A stretch of DNA of 20,000 bases from an uncultured virus (IMG/VR IMGVR_UViG_2937164673_000001) (Duplodnaviria; Heunggongvirae; Uroviricota; Caudoviricetes). A program made the position numbers and the translations under genes. Below are positions 14,351-20,000 of the stretch, in pieces. Each line of letters opens with the position of its first letter. Position 1 is the stretch's first letter. Location of the stretch: the IMG/VR virus record IMGVR_UViG_2937164673_000001; one strand, given 5' to 3'. The notes beneath the pieces were generated by a model. That model did not search any database. It was not told the DNA's origin and saw only the letters and a program-made list of their open reading frames with translations.

Positions 14351-14506
14351 ATGAAAAGTACTAATAATTACAAAAGAAAAGCAATTGGTAAGTTTGAATG
14401 GTGGGACCATGGGGAACACCCTAGAAAATGGTTGCTAAAGAAACATAAAAAACTTGCCAACCGCTATGAGAGACGGAAACTAAAACGGATTAGTCATATA
14501 TGCTAG
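14351..14506 (+). CDS. Small basic hypothetical protein (51 aa)
   Basis: MKSTNNYKRKAIGKFEWWDHGEHPRKWLLKKHKK...; no clear SD. Confidence 0.45.
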   Translation: MKSTNNYKRKAIGKFEWWDHGEHPRKWLLKKHKKLANRYERRKLKRISHIC

Positions 14507-14619
14507 AAAGATATTTTCATTCGGGACAAGAGTTTAATAAATGGCTGGATGCTACATATAATCCAGAAGAGTTTAAACGATCGTTTACAAAATTTTTGCG
14601 AAAAATTCACGGAGGACAA

Positions 14620-14958
14620 ATGAAAACAAAAGATATTTATGTAGTAGTTCACGCTAGTGGTTGGTATAGCGATTATGCAGAATATGTGGTTGGGGTAACT
14701 GATTCATATGAATTAGCGCTAAGTTATGCTGACAAGGAAGCAGAAGCCACTAATAATGATGAGCGTTATTGGTTTGATCATGACACAATTCGTATTCGTA
14801 GATATCAACTTAATAGGTACAACCGATACTTATCTGAAGCAGAAAAAGTTGTCGAGAATATTGAAATGTATAGAAATGAATTTGAGTATGATGAAACAAT
14901 ATATGAAGAGTCAGCGACTCAGGATAAATTTGTAAAGGTTAAGAAAGATGCAGCTTAA
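14620..14958 (+). CDS. Hypothetical phage protein
   Basis: SD GGAGG before ATG 14620 (MKTKDIYVVV). The frame is open back to 14500. Confidence 0.75.
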   Translation: MKTKDIYVVVHASGWYSDYAEYVVGVTDSYELALSYADKEAEATNNDERYWFDHDTIRIRRYQLNRYNRYLSEAEKVVENIEMYRNEFEYDETIYEESATQDKFVKVKKDAA

Positions 14959-15145
14959 ACAATTATTTTGTAAACATGATTATAGGTGGTTAGATGACAT
15001 CTATTACCCCTACTGGGACGGTAGTAACATGTCAGAAATCTATCAATGTAGTAAATGAGGAAAATATAAACGAATACGAGAGTTAGATTTAAGTAATTAT
15101 GGCATTGAGCAATCTATTAAAGCGGGACTAAGGTATGAAGAATGA
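14948..15145 (+). pseudogene. DUF1660-like small Cys/His phage protein with in-frame TGA
   Basis: MQLKQLFCKHDY...YQCSK*GKYKR; TGA (15056-15058) falls where the second Cys of CxxCGK is expected. Confidence 0.65.
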
Positions 15146-15219
15146 AGTATTGGTAGTTATCACCGCAGCAATATTTTGTTTGCTGGTGTTGGTTAATTCA
15201 AGAAGGAAATGGTAAATAA

Positions 15220-15366
15220 ATGGGAACACTTATTGTAAAAGGCGTAGCAAGCTTAGCAATTCCAATTATGGTGTCGGTTTATTTTGTAACGCAAAAAGAT
15301 GTTAATAGTGCAACCTTGCTGTGTGCGTGTGCATGGGAATGGTGCGTAGTGCATGTGGTTAATTAA
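15220..15366 (+). CDS. Small hydrophobic hypothetical protein
   Basis: MGTLIVKGVASLAIPIMVSVYFVTQKD..., 48 aa, fills the operon gap. Confidence 0.5.
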   Translation: MGTLIVKGVASLAIPIMVSVYFVTQKDVNSATLLCACAWEWCVVHVVN

Positions 15367-15396
15367 ATACATATAAAAGATGGAGGAAATGCATAA

Positions 15397-15864
15397 ATGA
15401 AGACAGTATATTTTGGTTCAGGTTGGTTTACAGAAAAGCAAGTTAGGGCATATAACCAAGCAATGAGTGCGGTTTCTAATAATCCTACGGTAGACTTAAA
15501 GAACAGTTATGTTCCCAAGGATCACCAATACCATGGATTGGAAGTGGAAGATCACCCCGAATTACTTCAAGATCTTGAATGGTCGACTGGCACTTACCGG
15601 GGTGACTTAAGTGGACTTAAGGGTAGCGATGTTACTCTTGCCGTATACATTCCCAGCGAAGAAGATTCTGGTTTAGCGTTTGAAATTGGTTACGCCGCAG
15701 CCATTCAGAAACCAGTTATTATGGTTATTCCAGATGAAGAGTTTGGTAATCCTATCAATCTAATGCCTTGGGGCGGAGCTGACAATGTTATTAAGATGTC
15801 TGAGTTGAAGGATTATGACTTTAATATGCCACAATTCGATTTCTATCGTGGAGGCGTTTATTAA
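15397..15864 (+). CDS. Nucleoside 2-deoxyribosyltransferase family protein
   Basis: VYFGSGWF, TYRGDL, EDSGLAFEIGYA and INLM motifs. SD GGAGG. Confidence 0.9.
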   Translation: MKTVYFGSGWFTEKQVRAYNQAMSAVSNNPTVDLKNSYVPKDHQYHGLEVEDHPELLQDLEWSTGTYRGDLSGLKGSDVTLAVYIPSEEDSGLAFEIGYAAAIQKPVIMVIPDEEFGNPINLMPWGGADNVIKMSELKDYDFNMPQFDFYRGGVY

Positions 15865-15974
15865 TATGCATGATGTTCATCTAGAAATATCGGATGGAAT
15901 TATTCGCTTATATACTGATGATAAACCTGACAAGATTATTGTAGATGGCGAAGTAGTAAGACGGTAGGTGAATT

Positions 15975-16250
15975 ATGGTTATCGTTTTAGTGCAGCCTAC
16001 CGCTGAAAGTCCATCGTATCTTAGAGGGGATTATTGGGACGTAACAGAGAAGTATGAAAGTTATGAGACGTATGCTTTTTATACTCAATTAGATCTTGCT
16101 CATTGTAGGTATGACATATTTTCCTCGTTCAAAAAAGCAGAGGAATTCATAAAAACAACAGCGTCAACAAAATTCTATAAAGCACGTATGTTACATGAGC
16201 TTGACGAGTTAGAGGATCGTGCAAAGACATTCAATTGGGCGGTGGCATAA
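15975..16250 (+). CDS. Hypothetical protein
   Basis: 91 aa, SD AGGTG. Confidence 0.7.
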   Translation: MVIVLVQPTAESPSYLRGDYWDVTEKYESYETYAFYTQLDLAHCRYDIFSSFKKAEEFIKTTASTKFYKARMLHELDELEDRAKTFNWAVA

Positions 16251-16251
16251 T

Positions 16252-16392
16252 ATGAGCTACACAGCAATTATTTCATTATTAGTAATATTGGCGTTTTTAG
16301 GCGTATCTACTATTGCATATGGTGGTGTTAGCCTATTGATTATTGTCCCAATTATCATTGCAACAGGATTTTTAGTTAAAGAAGTTAGTTAG
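16252..16392 (+). CDS. Small two-TM hypothetical protein (46 aa)
   Basis: MSYTAIISLLVILAFLGVSTIAYGGVSLLIIVPIIIATGFLVKEVS, adjacent to the previous stop. Confidence 0.6.
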   Translation: MSYTAIISLLVILAFLGVSTIAYGGVSLLIIVPIIIATGFLVKEVS

Positions 16393-16403
16393 GAGTTTGT
16401 TAA

Positions 16404-16580
16404 TTGTTAGCAACTGAATTCAAACAACGATTAGAACAAATGGCTGGAGGATAGGTCGAGGTTAGTATTTGCGATAATAAAGATGTGCTAATTCGACCGG
16501 CAATTAACTTTAATGCGGCTCCACCATTTGTAAAACAGTTATTGTGGGACTATTTAGATACTCCAAGAGAGGAACGGTGA
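16404..16580 (+). pseudogene. Small phage protein with in-frame TAG
   Basis: SD AGGAG + TTG start: MLATEFKQRLEQMAGG*VEVSIC...WDYLDTPREER. TAG at 16452-16454; GTGA overlap with the next gene. Confidence 0.55.
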
Positions 16581-16825
16581 TCCTTATAAAAGAGACATTT
16601 TATTTAATCAAGGTTGGACAGTTATATGTAAGTGGAGTTGATGGTAAGCAACTAACAAGTAGATTTGGTATGAAGACCTCTGATATTGAAGTTAATGAAG
16701 TATATTTGACACCCAATTTAAACGAAGCATTAATCTTTGAAAAAGATGATCCTTACTATGAAATTTATTGTCACGCAGCTGCAATGATGAGAACTAAGTT
16801 GACTAAAATGGAGCAGGCAGCATGA
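16577..16825 (+). CDS. Hypothetical protein
   Basis: GTG start after GAGGA within the 16544 ORF; ATGA overlap with the next gene. Confidence 0.7.
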   Translation: MILIKETFYLIKVGQLYVSGVDGKQLTSRFGMKTSDIEVNEVYLTPNLNEALIFEKDDPYYEIYCHAAAMMRTKLTKMEQAA

Positions 16826-17268
16826 AATTAATTCGAGATATATTCTTTTTGGGGTTGGAACCTCCGAGCGATGATAGTTTTGAGCGGGTTCTCTTAATTC
16901 TCATTTGGGCATTAGTATTACTTGCGGTGTTTTGTTTTATCATGATGATATGTGAAGCTTTTTCTTCTTTCGGCCATTCTTCAAAAGGTGAAAAGTGGGA
17001 AGAAAAAGAAAAGCTTAAAGAACTATTACTTAAATACGGGAATAAATATCATGATAATTTGATTTCTGTTTTGCTCTTTAGCCAAGATAAAGAAATATCA
17101 AATGTTCGAACCAGTATGATTATGGATGGTAACTTAGATGAGGCCGTTCGTCAGATTCTAAATGAAATTCACCATGACAATAACAATGGCGATAGTGATT
17201 CAGATAATTGGGTTGCAATTCAAAGCATGAATACTGCAACGATGAATATGAATTCTATAATGCACTAG
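16822..17268 (+). CDS. Hypothetical single-TM protein
   Basis: 148 aa with one long hydrophobic helix; last gene of the + strand run. Confidence 0.75.
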   Translation: MKLIRDIFFLGLEPPSDDSFERVLLILIWALVLLAVFCFIMMICEAFSSFGHSSKGEKWEEKEKLKELLLKYGNKYHDNLISVLLFSQDKEISNVRTSMIMDGNLDEAVRQILNEIHHDNNNGDSDSDNWVAIQSMNTATMNMNSIMH

Positions 17269-17303
17269 GATTCAGATAAATAATTAATTGTTATAAAATG
17301 GCA

Positions 17304-17488
17304 TTGACAACGTCACCAACCTTTTGTATTATCTGATATGAAATGTTATAATATTTACGTAAACAAAAAGAGCTATGCTGCAACATAGCTCTTCCTGAGA
17401 TTAATAAGTATTGTTGATAATGCCTAATCTCTAAACGTCGTGAGATCAAACACCATCGTTCGCCGTCAAACTAACGAATGGTGTTTTT
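17304..17488 (+). ncRNA. Putative antitoxin sRNA with promoter and bidirectional terminator
   Basis: TTGACA-17-TATTAT (17304-17332) and TGTTATAAT (17344-17352), a hairpin at 17368-17393 and terminator aaacaccat/atggtgttttt. Convergent on a small hydrophobic ORF. Confidence 0.5.
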
Positions 17489-17502
17489 ATTTGCAATGAA
17501 CG

Positions 17503-17652
17503 CTAATGCGTATAGCAAATAGTAAACGCAATGATGCCAACCACAATTACAAATGTGGCAAGGGTGGCATATTGCACACCGGTATCGAGTCCACGCATAG
17601 CCCGAATAACCTTTGCAAGGCCTTCAAATGGGTCTAGGCTGTTGAAACTCAT
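17503..17652 (-). CDS. Small hydrophobic peptide, candidate type I toxin (49 aa)
   Basis: MSFNSLDPFEGLAKVIRAMRGLDTGVQYATLATFVIVVGIIAFTICYTH. SD AGAAAGGAG; extended -10 TGATATAAT at 17785-17793 (- strand). Confidence 0.65.
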   Translation of the reverse strand: MSFNSLDPFEGLAKVIRAMRGLDTGVQYATLATFVIVVGIIAFTICYTH

Positions 17653-17874
17653 TTACCCGCCATTCTCCTTTCTTACGAAAATTGAACTTAGGGTCAAGTT
17701 TGTTTAACTGCTTTCATTGGCAGCACCTCCAGTATTATAAACCAGAGATTAGGAACCACCAACGCTTCCTTATAATCCATAAATATTATATCATAGGAAA
17801 GATTATTTGAAATTAAATGATTACAACTTACACTAAGTTTTTCTATAGTGTATAATAAGACAATGTAGAGACTA

Positions 17875-17980
17875 AGCACCATCTAAAGTCGGTCAAAACT
17901 TTATTGGATGGTGTTTTTTGTTTGCCTTATTTACATGGATGCGTATAGCAAATGGTAAATGCAATAATACCAGTTGACAG
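17875..17980 (-). pseudogene. Truncated paralog of the 17503..17652 peptide plus its terminator
   Basis: Encodes GIIAFTICYTHPCK* with no start (stops upstream), followed by a similar caccat/atggtg hairpin. Confidence 0.6.
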
Positions 17981-18002
17981 ATACCCAGATTAGCTTTACA
18001 AT
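17974..18002 (+). promoter_or_regulatory. Sigma-A promoter for the hydrolase gene
   Basis: TTGACA-17 bp-TACAAT. Confidence 0.7.
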
Positions 18003-18062
18003 TCTATTAGTGAAACCGCTTTCTGATTTGGCACAGTTATATAAGTAAAGAGGGTCTCAATA

Positions 18063-18896
18063 ATGAGTTTTTATAGTGAACAAGTCGACCAGATGATTAA
18101 TTCAAATACATCAGGTGTTCAGTTACATATTGTTACGAATTTGGCTCCTACACCACAAGCAAATGTTATTATAGTTCACGGGTTGGCAGAATATGCAGGA
18201 CGTTTTGATCCACTTGCAAGTTACTTAGTGCAACATAATTGTAATGTTTTTCGTTATGATCAAATTGGTCACGGAAAAAGTGATGGAAAACGTGGCTTTA
18301 TGAAGTCACCAAATGACCTTTATGAAAATTTGAAAATTATCGTTGGACGAGTCAAACATGATTATCCTAATTTACCATTATTTGTTATTGGTCATAGTAT
18401 GGGTGGTGAGACAGTTTTATTATATACTGCAAAGTATCCTGGTACGGTCGATGGCTTAGTTGTGACTGATCCAGTTTCTATTATTAAGGGGCCCAGTAGT
18501 TTAACTGTACCAATGGATGGCGATGAAGAAACGGAATTTACTAACCAGATTAAAGGCGGACTAGATTGTGATCGCCGAGTTGTAGATAAGTATATTAATA
18601 ATGATCAAGTTCTTCATACACTGACTGTTGGTATTATGAACAATGCAATTTGGCAGGGTGCCTTGTATTTGCGCGAACACTTAGAAAATATTACAGATCC
18701 AATTTTATATCTCCAAGGGTTAAAAGATGGGTTGATTAATTATCAAGATTCGTTGACGGCGTATACTAAGATTAATTCAGTCGATAAAGAGTTGCACGTA
18801 TACCCGTTTTTGATGCATGAAATACTTAACGAAACTAGTCGGAAATGGGAAATCTATGACGAAATTTTACGGTGGATTAATAAGCATCGGTATTAA
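18063..18896 (+). CDS. Alpha/beta hydrolase (lysophospholipase/monoacylglycerol lipase family)
   Basis: HGLAEY, GHGKS, GHSMGG nucleophile elbow, LQGLKD and MHEILNE motifs. Confidence 0.92.
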   Translation: MSFYSEQVDQMINSNTSGVQLHIVTNLAPTPQANVIIVHGLAEYAGRFDPLASYLVQHNCNVFRYDQIGHGKSDGKRGFMKSPNDLYENLKIIVGRVKHDYPNLPLFVIGHSMGGETVLLYTAKYPGTVDGLVVTDPVSIIKGPSSLTVPMDGDEETEFTNQIKGGLDCDRRVVDKYINNDQVLHTLTVGIMNNAIWQGALYLREHLENITDPILYLQGLKDGLINYQDSLTAYTKINSVDKELHVYPFLMHEILNETSRKWEIYDEILRWINKHRY

Positions 18897-19103
18897 TTAA
18901 GGTGAAAGGGCCATTGCTAACGTGATGACTCTTTTTTGTTTGCCATTAAATAGTATTATGTACAAGCGCAACTAGAATAGTAAAATAGGATTAAAATATT
19001 ATTGATGTCGCATTAAAACAAGAATTTTAATGACTGGTTATAACACGAAAGACTCATGAACACATCACTGAGTATTCACTGACTACTCAATTCCCCTCTT
19101 TCA

Positions 19104-19220
19104 TGCTATAATATAGGTACACAAAAAGCAGGCCCGTTAAAAAGACGGTGGCCATGTGACATCAGATCAGTAAAAGATCGTCCTGCAACCTGCCAAAGTT
19201 ATACGAGGACGGTCTTTTAT
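19104..19220 (+). ncRNA. Putative antitoxin sRNA of the holin-like toxin
   Basis: TGCTATAAT at 19104-19112; terminator aaaagatcgtcct/aggacggtctttt; convergent with the toxin. Confidence 0.55.
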
Positions 19221-19309
19221 TATGCACAAAATGTGAAAATAAAGGTTAGCAATGCGATAATAAATGTCGCAAAGGCCAACATTAACATAAGTGCTTGGTA
19301 AGCGCTCAT
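19220..19309 (-). CDS. Putative holin-like type I toxin (29 aa; not in the ORF track)
   Basis: MSAYQALMLMLAFATFIIALLTFIFTFCA fits the MS..AL.LM.AF..F...LL family pattern. SD GAAAGGA; TGATATAAT at 19400-19408 (- strand). Confidence 0.8.
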   Translation of the reverse strand: MSAYQALMLMLAFATFIIALLTFIFTFCA

Positions 19310-19415
19310 GTGCCGATAATCCTTTCATAATGGTGAAGTCCATATGAACCACCTCCAGTCAGGAATCGGCCACCGTCCTTAAAACTTGCCTGCTCTAGTA
19401 TTATATCATACAGAT

Positions 19416-19450
19416 AAAAAGAGACCCAGGAACCAAAATGATTCCTGGGT
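19416..19450 (-). terminator. Intrinsic terminator of the GGDEF gene
   Basis: acccaggaa/ttcctgggt hairpin with a T-rich tail on the - strand. Confidence 0.7.
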
Positions 19451-19484
19451 TATCTAATAATTGCTATTTATTTTACGTTCTGAA

Positions 19485-20000
19485 CTAGTCTTTAGGGGGA
19501 CGTTTGCGGTGCTGATCTGTAATAATCCAGCCCCGACCATTGTTCTTGACACTATATAACATTTTATCAGCTCGCTTCAAGGTTGTGTCAAGTAATTCAT
19601 CATTCAAACGATCAGTTAAACTACATGAAAAGCTAATTGTTAATTTTATCCCTTCCTTGGTAACAATCGATTTATTATTAAAGAAGTTTTCAATCGACTG
19701 GAGTAATTGATAGACTTCTTCTAGTGAATGGTTAGAAACTACGATCGTGAATTCTTCGCCTCCAAAACGATATACATACCCATGTTTGTGAAATGCGGAA
19801 TGAATTTGTTCACGAAAAACCGTTGAGAAATAATTTAACACTTCATTGCCAACAAAGTGCCCATATGTATCGTTTATCTTCTTAAAATGATCAATATCTA
19901 ATGCCCCAATTACAATATTATGAATTTCATTATTATTAGCTAATCGATTAATTTCTTGACTAAGAGCTCGGTAATTAAGTAACCCTGTTAAATCATCACG
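19485..20000 (-). CDS. GGDEF-domain diguanylate cyclase, 5'-truncated by the window edge
   Basis: Frame open from 20000: DDLTGLLN...DIDHFKKINDTYGH...YRFGGEEF...RADKMLYSVK. Confidence 0.92.
   Translation of the reverse strand, partial: RDDLTGLLNYRALSQEINRLANNNEIHNIVIGALDIDHFKKINDTYGHFVGNEVLNYFSTVFREQIHSAFHKHGYVYRFGGEEFTIVVSNHSLEEVYQLLQSIENFFNNKSIVTKEGIKLTISFSCSLTDRLNDELLDTTLKRADKMLYSVKNNGRGWIITDQHRKRPPKD

Noticed and set aside
88..14935. Short shadow ORFs (88..315, 808..1020, 2065..2256, 7618..7836, 8081..8329, 8981..9193, 9196..9501, 9864..10052, 11767..11985, 14726..14935)
   Set aside because: They overlap better-supported genes or RNAs in another frame or strand and have no RBS or motifs.
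14948..16580. Stop-codon reassignment or selenocysteine
   Set aside because: TAG and TGA end many intact genes here, no suppressor or Sec tRNA is visible, and no clear SECIS follows the TGA.
17270..18060. Prophage attachment site
   Set aside because: Gene style changes here, but no integrase or paired att repeat is visible in the window.

Overview
Most of the window (1 to about 17.3 kb) looks like part of a large temperate phage or phage-like element of a low-GC Firmicute. A Lactobacillaceae host is my inference. It has tightly packed + strand small ORFs, nucleotide-salvage genes (PnuC-like transporter, NrdH-like redoxin, deoxynucleoside kinase, nucleoside deoxyribosyltransferase), an Rnl2-type RNA ligase and an HNH endonuclease. 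The most notable part is a ~4.1 kb RNA-gene island (2807-6925) bounded by a consensus sigma-A promoter and a terminator, directly upstream of the RNA ligase. It holds four decoding tRNAs (Arg-UCU, Tyr-GUA, Gln-UUG, Ile-UAU), a second-copy tmRNA and a compact ROOL-like RNA. It also holds about seven tRNA mimics that keep the acceptor and T arms but have a missing, altered or replaced anticodon arm. One mimic is circularly permuted and two carry anti-Shine-Dalgarno loops. Several unassigned kissing-loop or pseudoknot RNAs lie between them. The right end has two type I toxin-antitoxin-like loci plus a remnant, an alpha/beta hydrolase and a partial GGDEF gene. All RNA structures were paired by eye and all family calls come from remembered motifs; no searches or folding programs were run.
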